The position numbers and the translations under genes were made by a program. Below the pieces are notes generated by a model, which saw nothing but the letters and a program-made list of their open reading frames with translations, was not told the DNA's origin and ran no database searches. A stretch of 48,379 nucleotides of DNA from Octopus bimaculoides (Eukaryota): NCBI RefSeq assembly GCF_001194135.2, contig NC_068991.1, forward strand, positions 36,979,587 to 37,027,965, in the 5' to 3' direction. Shown piece by piece: positions 23,467-36,165 of this stretch (its first letter is position 1; every line of letters starts with the position of its first letter).

Positions 23467-24062
23467 TCTTATTACAATTTTCAATACATCAATCCTTGCC
23501 TGTTTGTATGGTATAAATTTAGCTTTAATGACCCATTGTTCATGAAATTTCCAAGTTTATAATTACCAACACCTTTCATCTTTCCTTCAACACGGCAGAA
23601 AGACCAACAACCCTCAGATTTAAACAAAAGAAAGCACAATTTAACTTCATGCCTACTCACAACATTTACATCACTGTTTCGGGAACAGATTACGCACTTA
23701 TAATAAATAGATTGTTTTCAATATTCAAAGAATCATGAATTCGACCCAGGAAAGAACTGGTGCGTGTGATATCTGTCTGGGAGAATAATGTCAGTGTCTG
23801 TGAGTAATGCGATTGGGAGTGTGTGGTGTGATGTCTCATATCATAGTGATGACTCACAATAATAAAATAATTTTCTTCCTCTTAAACACTATAGATAATC
23901 GAGGGTTAAGAGCAAACGGGAGTTAAGATTGATAGTATAAATATCCCTCAACTCCACTAAAATGTTTTCCAACAAAACCTGACCCGAGGAAGAGCCGAGA
24001 ATTTGTTGGTAAAGCCAGATGGCAGTTAACGGCATCTTAAATAACGTAAACAAATTGTAGCG

Positions 24063-24099
<37 letters not shown>

Positions 24100-25007
24100 C
24101 ACACACAACAAATAAATGAATAAATAAATAAAAGTGGTTACTAAATGGGAGAGAGAGAGACCAAAAGAGGAGAGCAGTTAGGTGAGATGATGAAGGTATC
24201 AGTTCTGATAAGGGAAGTCTGTAAATAGTTGAAGGGAAAAGAAAGAAAACGATTAGAGTTAAAAGTTGGTATCTGTTCGTGGTGAAACGAAAATAACAAT
24301 TATCGCAGTGTCATCACCAGATAACAATTTTTAACAATCCGCTAAAATGTCAACATTGCTTACAGCGTTTATGCATCTGTGTATTAGTGCGTGTGTGTGT
24401 GTGGTGTCGTGTGGTGTAATGTGGTGTGTGTGTGTGTATGTGTGTGTGTGTTGTGTGTGCGTGCGCGTGCGTACGTGAGTGTGTATGTATCTGTCCGTGT
24501 GTGCGCGTATGTATGTGTAAATGATTGTATGTAAATTTATATAATAAATATATAAATATATATGCATACATATGAATGCATAATATACTCTAACAAAGAA
24601 TAGAGAACTATTCATCTTCAAAACTTATTTATTACAGTAGTATTCTCACTAAATTCTCATTACATTTCAATCCGACACGTGTTTCTGCTGCATAAATGTC
24701 CTAATCTCCTTTTAGGTAGCATTTATATGCATTTGGTTCGTTTTTTGCAGTACCTATTCATCCAGGGTGGACATTCAAATATGGGTTTTTTTCAAGATTT
24801 GAACCATGTAGGTGGGAGAAGCGAACTGAGGAATTCAGTGTTATATAGTCCTTCTTATATATATTCTAGGTGAGAAAATCATAAAATTGTGCACAAGATA
24901 GTAGAGATTGCTTTGAAATACGATATGGCTATAGTTTTAGTATCATTTAAACTTAGAATTACCTTTAAGAATTTGAGGGCATAGATTATTTTATATACTC
25001 AGTATTA

Positions 25008-26217
25008 TTGGGTTGGCAAGAATTTAACTTCGAATTTTTAGTGTGAAATGAAAGTCATTTTTTTTTTCATACAAAGAATGAACTTGAAATCAATTATATA
25101 TTTTCCATTTTGTTCGATGACATTTTGCCATCTTTCTGGCAATTTCATGATTCCGCGCTCATAGAATTTCTGGTCCTTATCAGCCAAAAACTGAAGCAGG
25201 TGCGATTTCAGGTCATCATCATTATTGAAAGTTTTACCATTTAGAGAATTTTGCAAACTTCGAAATAAATGGTAGTCTGATGATGCAAGATTAGGGCTAT
25301 ATGGTGGTTGTGACATCACTTCCCAGCCAAGCTCCAATAATTTTTCACGAGTTAGTAAAGACGTGTGTGGTTTAACGTTGTCATGGTGGGACACGATTCC
25401 TTTTGCTAATTCTGGCCGTTTTTCTTTGATTGCTTCCTCCAAAATACACAACACCTTTGTAATCACAGAAACTTGACAGTATGACCATTTTTTATATGCA
25501 ATTCACCTTTCGATGTGGTTTGTACTGGTTCATTATGCTTGGACTATGATCGTTTTCGATTGATGTTATTGTAGACAATCCATTTTTCATCACCAGTGAT
25601 GATTCGTTTCAAAAAAAGAAAAAGGTCGATTTCATTGCGTTTGAGATGCGTATCGCAAATATTAATTCGTTATGTTAAGTAAATCTCTTTCAATTTATGT
25701 AGAACCCAAATATCGAGCTTCTTAATGAGTCCAAGACATTTTAAGTGAGTTCCAGTTGTTGCGTATGATACATTTAACCTCTCTGCAATCTCTCGCAAAT
25801 GACAATCAGATTTAATTATGGCTTTGGTTCGGTCATCATCAACTTCAGTAGGTCGACCAGAACGTTGGTCATCTTTGAGTGAGAAATCTCCAGAACAGAA
25901 TTTTTTAAACCATTTCTGACATGAGTGTTCTGTTAAGCAATCAGCATCATAAACTTCACATATCCATTTGTGAGCCTCAGCAGCTTTCTTGCCTTTACGT
26001 AAATAAATAAAAAAACAAAATATGGGGGAAATGTTCGTTTTTGCACTCCATGAACTAACAGCTGTAAACAAAATTACACGCAATTTGCTTCTAAAGTAAG
26101 CTAAAAGTAATGGCTATCAAGTGTCAAAAGGAAAAAAATCATAACATTCACAAAAATCATTCAAAAAAATCGTAACACTTATTTGCGGAAAACGAAATTA
26201 CATTTTTGCCAACCGAA
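25008..26217 (-). mobile_element. Mariner (DD34D) transposon, defective, with TIRs and TA TSD
   Basis: TIRs ttgggttggcaagaattt / tttttgccaaccgaa with TA at 25006-7 and 26218-9; transposase pieces 26083-25670 (YLRKGKKAAEAH..RSGRPTEVDDD..IWVLHKL) and 25466-25038 (HHDNVKPH, PPYSPNLASSDYHLF). Confidence 0.95.
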
Positions 26218-26449
26218 TAAAAGAAACTTTAATTAGGTCAGGATGCATTCACTTCACTAACTACTCATAATAAAGATAGAATTATACCGTATAATATAAA
26301 CAGATAGCTTAAGAGGAATCAAAAGAAAGAGGAAATAAAAGGAGAATTAAAAACTGAAGAGGAATGATGTTTCTTGTGAGATTGCTAAAAACTAACTAGA
26401 GCAAATCTACGATTTTTGACTAGGTTCTCCGACTAAAATTCCTTATTTG

Positions 26450-28623
26450 GAAAGTACTTAAATACGTTCCTAAAGAATGCGCGTATTTCAAAGTTAATTA
26501 GTTTAGATTGTATGGAGGTAAAGATATGGGATATTTCTCCCAGCAGAAATTACTCTTCGAGTTCCAAATATTATATGGTGAAGCTCTACTAATTATTGTC
26601 CATCTAATATCTTATTTAGTGTTCTTATCCTTTAAGGACCAGATGAACCACCTCAAACCCGTACAATTCAATTTTTCCTATTTTTGAACGAAGAAACGTG
26701 GTTGCACAATCTCTGCTTAAAACCCGTAGAACATTACCTTATGTAATATTTGTAAACGCCATAGGCCGTTACTGTCCATCTATAAACTATGTTTGTTTGT
26801 TTTTTCTTTTTCCTGAAGCATTGCCCTTCAAGCGGACATAATTTGTTCACACAGTTACGATGATATTTATTAATATTAACCCTATGCTTGCTACTGGCAG
26901 AAATACTCCGTCAATATTAGTACGGATTGCTCTATTATTATTAGTATTAGTAGTTTCGCTATAGGTTAAAACGGGCGTGTTTATTATATACTTCATTCGG
27001 TTCAGTTAATTCATCGTTTTCACTCCTATTGTTAGCCAAAGGCGTATTTATTGTCCCGTTAAAGTCATTCATATATCATGTTCTACTATATCTGTATAGT
27101 TATTAGCACCAGTCACATTATTACTATTAATATTAATTTTACTAGGTTCCTATAAGTGAATTCGCTAATGTTCTTAACATTGTATACCGCAAGGTTCTTA
27201 CTTACCGAAAAAGCAAACCTAATCGTGTGCCGATTAAAAATCTGGCTCTACATTCTAGATAGTAGAAAGTCGCTACCTAACGCAGCGAAAAGTTTTGCAG
27301 GTATGTTTGTGGCTATCTGTGTCCCAAAGATGGCATTGTACTGTAATATATGTCTTGATCTAGCTTTCCTTTTTGGTGAGGCGATCACTGTTTTTGTTTA
27401 TAGACCATTTTTATGTCTCATATGTTTTCTTGAAAGATCTATTACTATGTTTATTCTGGGGTTTACTTAATCATATCGTTATCCATTATGTGGATATTGT
27501 TATTATTAATTATTTTTGGCATGGTGACTGGAAATCACGTTATCCTTGTCGTGGTTCTCTGCTTTTCATTCACTTTTTTTTATTGCCTACAGCTATTTTG
27601 TTCATAACACTAACCTTATTCATATGTTCTTTGAGTTCATTTTTAGGGATATAGAATATTTTATCTTTATATCTAGCTTCAGCTAAGCCATTGTTATAGT
27701 ACCTTTCATTATAACTCTTCATTAGCAGATAGTCTAGATATACGAAGAAAAGTATTTATAACGATAGAACCAGTAGTATTTTTAGATTGATTTGAGTTTT
27801 TACTTACGTATTTAAGTTTATCATTGGCTTTGTGTTACGGTTGTGTTACATACCCAAATCTAAATTAACATCTAGAAAGTTCGCCTTATTATGTTCATTT
27901 TCAATAGAAATAGACAAACCTGGATCTTTAAATAATTTGAAGAGCTTTTCCTGAGATTTTTCTATATTTATATTATTAGATTTATATACAGTAAAGAGAG
28001 CGTCATCTCCATACAGACCCACCCTCACAATTGCGGAAATTCACTATTAAGGCATTTTAAAATATAAATTCCCTCTAAGTCCGTTACTTGAGCGGAATCG
28101 CTGGAGCCCATGCTAATGTCGAGCTGATCAGACCTATTTTTCTTCAAATTTAATTAAGGGTTTTTTTTGTAGCCAGTATAATGTTTACTTCTTATTTAGA
28201 TAAGATTGAGTTTCTTGTTACAGATATTAATGCTTTATTAATTAAAATTGGTTTAATTGATGCATAGTAATTATGTATGTTTAATTGTAAGAATTTAGTG
28301 TAATTCTATCTTTAATATCAGTAAACCAAACTATGACTTCATACAAACTAAACCATAAATAAGGTTTGATTAATCTTTTAAGTTTACTCTTTTACTTGTT
28401 TCAGTCCTTTGACAGCGGCCATGCTGGGGCACCGCCTTTAGTCGAGCAAGTCGACCCCAGGACTTATTCTTTGTAAGCCTAGTACTTATTCTATCGGTCT
28501 CTTTTTGCCGAACCGCTAAGTTACGTGGACGTAAATGCACCAGCATCGGTTGTCAAGCGAAGTTGGGGGGGACAAACACAGACACACAAACATATACACA
28601 CACATACATANNNNNNNNNNATA

Positions 28624-28655
<32 letters not shown>

Positions 28656-29465
28656 CATATATACGACGGGCTTCTTTCAGTTTCCGTCTACCAAATCCAC
28701 TCACAAGGCTTTGGTCGGCCCGAAGATGCTTGCCCAAGGTGCCACGCAGTGGGACTGAACCCAGAACCATGTGGTTGGTAAGCAAGCTACTTACCACACA
28801 GCCACTCCTATGTTTCTCAATTATACACATTAATTCTGCCTATATCACCATTTTTTTTTTTTTGCACAGGGAGGTTTATATAATTTTAACCAAAAGATTA
28901 ATAATGAAGTTAAGCCCTCAGATTAATTCAAGGTTCTGTTCCACATACTAAATGCAATCTCTTTACTATATTCTTTGAATATAAGCTCATATTTAATAGG
29001 TTATTTTTCGAATTATTTTAGATTTTTTCAGAATTACTTTCCTAATTAGAGAAGAATATAGACTATAATCAAAGTGATTTATATTATCGGTTTTATCCAC
29101 GTCTGCTAGAATTCCATGTTTCTTTTGTAGCTCCTTCACTAAAAGGTGTAATTTGTTCAGATGCTGGTTCCTACGTAAAGAGAAACGGTGGAACTTTACG
29201 TTCCGGATGATATTCCAAAGTTCTTCTTCAAATCCAGCAAGTTGTGGATTAGATAATGGAATCCTCTGAGATTTAGGTATATAGTGTAATCCGTCATCGT
29301 TATTGGCCAGATCTTCGTCCTTCTCTTTCCCATCAAAGTGACAGGCTCAACATCTCATGCGGAGTATCAAAGAGTTAGTGTTATCAATAAGATTATTTTA
29401 AATATTCCTTTTTGGGGTAGTAATGGAATATCTTTGAAAGATGTAGTAATAACTAGTTTCTCCAT
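26450..29465 (-). mobile_element. Naiad/Chlamys-type Penelope-like element, near full-length decayed ORF interrupted by a SINE
   Basis: From ATG 29465: MEKL..SFKDIPL, LILRMR, GFEEELWNIIRNVKF, ADVDKT; RT LDISMGSSDSAQVTDLEGIYIL, VGLYGDDAL, NFLDVNLDL; linker YNAIF..TNIPAKLF, QIFNRHTIRFAFS; GIY-YIG CPLEGQC, IVYRWTV, GFKQRLCNHVSSFK, IWSLK, IRWTIISRASPY. Confidence 0.85.
28384..28812 (-). mobile_element. SINE family A, near full length, CpG-rich, inserted in the Naiad-type PLE
   Basis: All family A motifs present, small internal deletion near 28722, 10-N gap inside. Confidence 0.92.
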
Positions 29466-29631
29466 TGGAAAGTAGTCCGCCGTAAGTGCTCAGAGGTTAT
29501 CGAATAAGTATAACGTTGAGGCATAAAGGATTTGGAGTCCTGGCAGGTACCTTATTAGCGCTCTGGTATAATCCAGGTTCTGGCTGACCACATCGAATGA
29601 TAGGAAACATATAGAATTGTTTAAGATAAAC

Positions 29632-29790
29632 AAACATGCTTAGCAGCATTTCGTCCATCTTTACGTTCTGAGTTCAAATTTCCACGAGGTTGACTTCACA
29701 TTTCATCTTCTCGGGCTCGATAAAATAAGCACCAGTTGAACACTGGGGTCAATGTAATCAACTTGACCCTTCCTCTGAAATTGCTTCCAA
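29632..29790 (+). mobile_element. SINE family B, lacking the extreme 5' end
   Basis: atgcttagcagcatttcgtcc..gagttcaaatt..tcgataaaataagcaccagttgaacactgggg. Confidence 0.85.
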
Positions 29791-30243
29791 TAACAAGAGA
29801 AAAAAACAACTCAGTGATTTCCTTTCGCAAAGTATACCAAACTATTTACACTCTGACTGGAGTATAGTCAATTATGGAATCGACTCTAAGCATCGCATAT
29901 TCTTGAGTAATTGTCGTATCTATTCTACAATGAAATAAATGATATTCATATTTCTTCCTTTTAATTATTATTTGTTTTTCGTTTCGAATCATTTGAATAT
30001 CCTTTCGTCGATTCATTTTAGTCACTTTTGATAAATATTCAGTTTTTGAACTCGCTGTGGTGCATACAACATCTGGCAATTCCTTGCAAAAGGAATCATA
30101 ATGGTATCTTCCAGCATAACCCAAATGTATCAAAACCAAGCTTTACACTACACTGTGTAATAAAAATCTTTATTTTTTATTTGTCTTTGGTCAGTAAGTG
30201 TTATATACTATTTGCTTCTATTTAGAAATAAAAGGAAATGACT

Positions 30244-30538
30244 AATATTCCTTTCAAACTTTGTTTTTGTGACTTCGACATCAATGTTTTGAAACTGACT
30301 GTTATATTTCAGACAGATTTAGCGCTGAGTTGCTGAAGCAGAAATATCATTATGACATATATTCTGCTCAATAACATAGATTTGCTTCTAGTTGTTTGAC
30401 CTCAACTTCTTGAGCATGTGCCTTAATAGTTGACAATATGTGCATCTCTGATCATAAGCTGGAGTAATGGGGAAGCATCATAGCCATGTGCTGGGGTTTA
30501 AATAAATGTAACAAAAGCAAAGTTTGAAGGAAATGTTA
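30244..30538. mobile_element. MITE-like element with ~28-bp terminal inverted repeats
   Basis: ttcctttcaaactttgtttttgtgac (30248-30273) vs gtaacaaaagcaaagtttgaaggaaa (30508-30533). Confidence 0.65.
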
Positions 30539-32879
30539 ACCATTTTTCATACTTTCTAGGGGTAAGCAAATACGAAATAACAGTTGCTTCTCAAGGACAA
30601 AAATCGTGTTACAGTGTTATCAGTAAATCAAGCATTCTTTGACACTAGCAATTTGGCAACAATACAATTGCGTAACAATCGTTTTTTTTTAAGCGGCTGA
30701 GACTGTCTCGATGAATCAACATAAAGAAATATCATTTCGACTTAAGCTAATAATCTCAAAAATGGCTTGGCATATCCACTTGATGAGATGATATTTGGTT
30801 ATTAATTGCCCAGTTTCCTAGTTTATAGTAGTTTAGTGCGATGGTCAGTCATATATTTTTCTTATGCTGTAAGGAAGGTTGTGTATGTAGACAACGACCA
30901 CGATAAAGTTTGAGTACCCAAATATTTTATCGATGTATTTACAAATGTATAACCAATAAATTAAAAGATCAGTATCTAATGAACGTAATGGTAAGGAATC
31001 TTTTGAATATAACCTGTTGGGTATTATAAGGAAGTTAGTACAAGGGGAAATTAATCACTGCATATAATTATTATGTGTTACTGGACAAGTTAAAGTTAGC
31101 ACTTTTATTAAGTACAACATAAGCATGTTATTTACACGTGAAAGAAATGGGGAGAAAACTCATTGAGACAAGCGACATAGGTTCCCCAAGACACCTTAGC
31201 GGCTCTCTGGTTAGGTTGAATTTGTCTATAGCTGTTAACCATCCTTCTAGAATCTTCAGCCAAACTGTTTGGGGGTAAAAGCTCGCATATTTCTCTTGAA
31301 GATTGCCGCCTCAGGTATAAATTAACCACTTCTGATTGGACGAGCCATATTTGCGAAGGCGTTAACTTTTATAGCGAGACTCCTTTTATGGAAAGTTCAT
31401 GGTTCTAGACTAGGAAAATATAAGGGCCATGGTTCGAATTACAAATGGGTTCTCGATATAGTAATAACCACACACATTTGAGCATCAACGTCTGTTCTAA
31501 TATTTTGCTGTGGGTGTGCGCAGAAATCTACATTATGCGTAAATCCTGCTTTTCTTTGCAAAGTGTGTGCATCCATGTGACTAACTATCGCTTCAATTTC
31601 TGCAATTAAAAAAAATAAATTTCGATCTTATCTTGAAATCTTTGTATGCGTATATTTATTCTTTCCCTGGTTATAGAATATATGTGCGCACAGGTTAGAG
31701 GGCAGCGCCAACATCTTAGAATAGTTTTCGAAGAACGAACTTTCTGCCAATCTTTGCATCGCATTAGCATTACTAACAATCCTTGCCATATGAAGCACTA
31801 AACAATATCATGCATGATATTTGAGACTATTGTGGAGTTTAAATAAATAGAAATATTTAATGTAACAACATTATTTTTAAAGTAAATAAAGAAAAGAGAC
31901 CAGTAAATGATATTATTTTTGGTTTTCAATTAACGCCGAACATAAGATACACATATGGGATAAAAGGGTAATGTGGGAGTGATTCAGTGTAGTTTCTTTA
32001 AACATAATCAGAGATCAAAGTCGCATTAATCGTGTTTTCCCTCCTTCTTAACTCGAGCCAACAGGGATGGAGGAATTTCAAGTAATAATAACAAAATATC
32101 TTGTCTACTTGTCCGACTACATATTTGTAGGAGAGAAAGAGAGAGAAGATTGAATCTACCTCACTATATAACGTGTGTTTATTGAAGCCAATGAAAGAGA
32201 TCTTCTAGTTGAACTGCTAGAAATAACAGTCAAATTCCCTTCAAATTACACCCTATTGTCATTTCTTTTAGTCAGAAATGATAATGTAATCCTAGATATA
32301 CAAAAAGATGGAATTATCACAGCTGTAACACCCATGTTCATACGTCTACTCACTTAAAGCTGACCTGTTTAAGAACATCAACAACTGTGACATTTATTTT
32401 ATTGAATTCACAATGATCAAATACAATGTCACTCTGGGTGGGATTTATCAACCTTATGATGAAAACAAAGATTTCTTACATATGCACAAGGCTGCAAAAG
32501 TTTTAGAGGAAGGAGAATAGTTGGTTATATCCACACACCACATCCTCATACCTAACTGGTTTTTATTTTATCAGCCTTGGAGCTAAGAAAAGCAAATTTG
32601 ATGCTTGTGGGGTTAGAACTCAAAATGTAACTAAATACCGCGAAAGTATTTTTATCCAACCCTCAACTAATAATGACAACACAAATACGTAACGTTCAAT
32701 TGCCATGGGAGTGTGCATATATAAACATAATGTGACAGGCTCTAATATATATACATTAAGATATATATAGGGTGGTAGAATGATAGTGACCGAAATTGGC
32801 ACAGAACCGTTATCGACAGCCAATCTTGTTGAATAATTTCAATTGAATAAAACAACATCGACATCCAACTATCACTATG

Positions 32880-33560
32880 GAGTAACACATGATCTAGAGA
32901 TTGTTTTGGATAGATCTTTTAGGAATCATCAAGTCAAGTACAGTCCAAGAACAATAAAAACAACAAACATCAATCTCTCTCGTCTTGGCCCAATTCTATA
33001 GCCTCACACCTAGCAAAGTTCTGGAATTGAAACATTATCAACTGTGTCACCTTTCTTCTTGTTCTTTCTTGGCAGCACAATTATTCCTTCTCTCACAGCC
33101 ACTGAGTACTTTCCGCATCTCAAATGCCATCGTAGCTCTCTCACTTCACCTCTTACTCTTAGATGTGCATCAAACTGATTCAAGGTCTTACAGCTTCAGA
33201 TCATGTGAAATAGCATCACACAGACCCATAACGTCATTAGCTCCAAACATTATGCTGGAGTGTACAGCATTAAGTGCAAAGGAACAACAACTGCTCAGTT
33301 CAGACCTAATTAACTTTGTCCACCTCTATTGTGACTATCACCAGAATCTATGTTATACTGAAACAGACAGGATATCAGAAGGAATATTACATGCCCAGAC
33401 TGCAATATTGCACCACATACACTCGAGCACTGCTTGTTAACATGCAACATGACCCTCCATTAGTCAGACATACAAGATATCAAAGCTATAGAGCCATGGC
33501 TCACAGTCTGTCATTCAATCAACTATGTTGCATACATCTGGCTTGCCCTAAAACCACAAC
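32880..33560 (+). mobile_element. Old non-LTR retrotransposon 3' remnant (I/Jockey-like) with C-terminal cysteine motif
   Basis: GVTHD..LDRSFRNH (cf. GVTLDxxLxFxxH), TTAQFR, ITCPDCNIAPHTLEHCLLTC (cf. CPxCxxxxHTxxHxxxC). Confidence 0.55.
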
Positions 33561-33650
33561 TAAATGAGCTGAGAGTAGGAAGTTAAACATCAGAAAACTT
33601 AATAACAAGAGTCAAACACAAAACGAACCTGCTGACAAATTTCAAAATAT

Positions 33651-33656
33651 TTTATT
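33651..33656 (-). terminator. Poly(A) signal of the minus-strand host gene
   Basis: AATAAA on the minus strand, a CA about 17 nt later, then a GU-rich tract gttcgttttgtgtttg; coincides with the edge of the CpG-depleted domain. Confidence 0.55.
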
Positions 33657-35291
33657 TCATTTAATACAAATATTTTGTTTACTAGGTTAAAAAAAGTGGA
33701 AAATGTGTAGCTTGTATAGTGAATTTCATATCTTTTTCATAGACATTAGCACTGACAGTGAAGTAAAATGATCACAACAAAGAAACAAAACCAGGGTTCA
33801 AACATGACTTGAAGTGAGCTTACTTTCTACCCAACAGTGCCAGCTTTTAAACAAGTTCAAAATATTACTATACATCCATACACATATGTGCATACATCTA
33901 CACACATGTGTGAAAGAGAAGGGTGGAAGGAGATACAGATATAAAAATAAATATGGTCATGTCTGATTGCTGTAAAAACTGGAGGTATATGGGAGTTGAT
34001 GATAATTTCATTTTGGATTTGGGTTTTACAAAACATAAGATTAACATTTATACATCAAATCTTGTAATGATCGGTCAACATATATAAAAGAAAACCACTG
34101 CTAATGAAGTCAAATTTTTCTAAGTGTACATCACATTTTTATAAATAATCTTTTATTTATAGTTCAATTGTTTATATTCACAGGTAACATCCATATCAAG
34201 TTCTTCATAATTCATAGGCAGTTAATTCATGTAGCTAATCTTTTGTTAGTAGGAGGACATTTACATAAGTACTCCTCTTGATCATAGAGCCAATACATTC
34301 CTGAGTCAACAATCATGCAAATTGAGGTTAGTATGCAGATCAACTGCTGTACATGGTAATCTTCTGATGTTGGAAGAATATTAACTTAACATATTTTTGG
34401 TTCTTTGATAAAAATTGATTTAAAATACTTTCTGTGTATGGCTCAACAATCAATTTTTTTTTTTATATAAAATAATAGAATTTGTTTATACATTCCCTTT
34501 ATTTGTACAAGTCTTTGTTTTTATTCCTTTTCTTCTCTTAACAAAAAGGTCAACAATTCTACGGGATGTCTTTCCTTTGTGACTTAACAACTATATAAGA
34601 TTTTCTTCTGTTTATTGCTTAACAATTCTAGAGGGTTTTTGCATTCATGGGCCAACATTCTCTTGCATGCATACATTCACAAAGGCATGGAATATATACA
34701 TGTATACAAACGTATATGTATATATAAATACACATTCACACACACATGCGTACATATACAAACACACCAAGAGTAAAAAAGGCCTTATTTGGATATTTAA
34801 TCAGAGATCAACTGAGAGAGTAGGTTAACATCTCATAGATCATTCTGTTTGTGTGTGTGTGAGTGTGAAGAGAGAGAGAGTGTGTGTGAGTGAGAGAGAG
34901 AGAGAGAGTGTGTGTGTGTGTGAGAGAGAGAGAGAGAAAGAAAGAACTTGTTTTCATTTACAGGATGTTGACAAGGCTTTTAGTTATTTCTTTTTTCATT
35001 TCAAAGTCAACATTTACATAAACCAAAAGTCAAAAAATTCATATTGGTTTAAATGTAGTGGAAATTAAATACTCCCCCCACACATCACTGCCACATAATT
35101 TGAATAACATTGGTAAATGATGGAGTTTTCATCAGAAAAAAAAGGTCTCCAGAAATAAAATGATTATATGTCTGTCCTTTCTGTCAGTCGTTTTTCAAAA
35201 GTTAAACATCATTTTTCATCATTCACATTATTCCAAACTGGTTAGTTATTTGAATATTTGGTCATGTCTGTAGGCAAATGGATCTGCTCAA

Positions 35292-35343
35292 CTACTCACA
35301 GTCATATACACTGTCAATAATGGTAAGCTGATCAGGTGTGAAC
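35292..35343 (-). CDS. Possible coding start of the terminal exon, (R)FTPDQLTIIDSVYDCE-stop; coding only if the frame in the previous exon is shifted
   Basis: Open in the frame that is phase-compatible with the end of exon 37545-37488. Confidence 0.4.
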
Positions 35344-35500
35344 CTGTAAAAGAGAACAATCTTCAAAGATCAATAGCTTATACACAAATCAAACATAAAA
35401 ATCTGAAGTTTGTTTTACATAGATATAATGGTAGAATAGTCATAAAGATAGCATTTTAGTCACACAGTTGACAATTTAGTCTTCACTGGGGAAATTTTCT

Positions 35501-35726
35501 TAGTCCTTTAGTATTTAAACCGATCATATCTGGCCCCAAACATCCAACCTATTTTATATTCAAATCAACCAGATCTGGTCTTTCACACCTAGCCTAGAAT
35601 GTCATTCTAAAAATAAACAATCACATCACTGAAATCTTGAGATTATGAAATATATGATCAATTAAAAGCAATGTTATTATAAATGAGCATTACATTTGAC
35701 TGAGTAATCTAAGTGCTAAAGGATTA
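35501..35726. mobile_element. Decayed MITE-like repeat with short TIRs
   Basis: tagtcctttagtat ... gtgctaaaggatta, resembling TTAA-CCCTTTAGCA ends. Confidence 0.45.
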
Positions 35727-35965
35727 CATCTTAAAATATTTTATTAATTAATTCTTATTTCACCAAATGGTGAAGGATGGTAACAAGTGCTTTTGAAAAT
35801 GACTACCTAAAATATAATCTTAACCTTCAAAGAGGTTCATTTATTTAGTGCTATTGAGACCTGGGTAGAGGATTGGCCAAGAATTTAGTTTAGGTGTAAG
35901 AAATTTCCATATAGGAGAGCATGAAAAAGGACCAATTGCTACACAACAAAGCTGGCAATGATGAC

Positions 35966-36165
35966 CATCATCATTTAACATCCCTTTTCCTATGCCGGGA
36001 TGGGATGAATGGTTCAACATGAACAGATGAGCCAGAGAGTTGTACCAAGTTCTAGTGTCTACTTTGGCATGGTTTCTACAGCTGGATACCCTACTTAATG
36101 TCAACCACTTCACAAGGTGTTACTGGGTGCTTTTTTACATGGCACCAGCACTGGTGAGGTCACCA
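35966..36165 (-). mobile_element. SINE-like tail family E ending in (GAT)n
   Basis: Shares ttggcatggtttctacagctggatacc..aaccactt with 38611-38803. Confidence 0.7.

Larger units (their letters stand above)
33633..35343 (-). other. Probable terminal exon of the host gene (mostly 3' UTR)
   Basis: Acceptor ttgttctcttttacag at 35344; poly(A) signal at 33651-33656. Confidence 0.55.

Noticed and set aside
23965-24030. Plus-strand peptide NLTRGRAENLLVKPDGS resembling an SH2 start
   Set aside because: Bounded by stops, lacks FLVR and splice sites; likely chance.
26600-26700. In-frame TGA codons in the Naiad-type GIY-YIG region as possible selenocysteine
   Set aside because: The copy has many TAA/TAG stops and frameshifts, the TGAs are not at Cys-like positions, and no SECIS was seen.
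31132-31400. Possible Tc1/maT transposase remnant (minus strand)
   Set aside because: Only vague motif resemblance; no TIRs or catalytic motif.
32985-33440. 151-aa plus-strand ORF as a host gene
   Set aside because: No recognisable domain; overlapping frames carry LINE C-terminal motifs, so it is better explained as retroelement debris.
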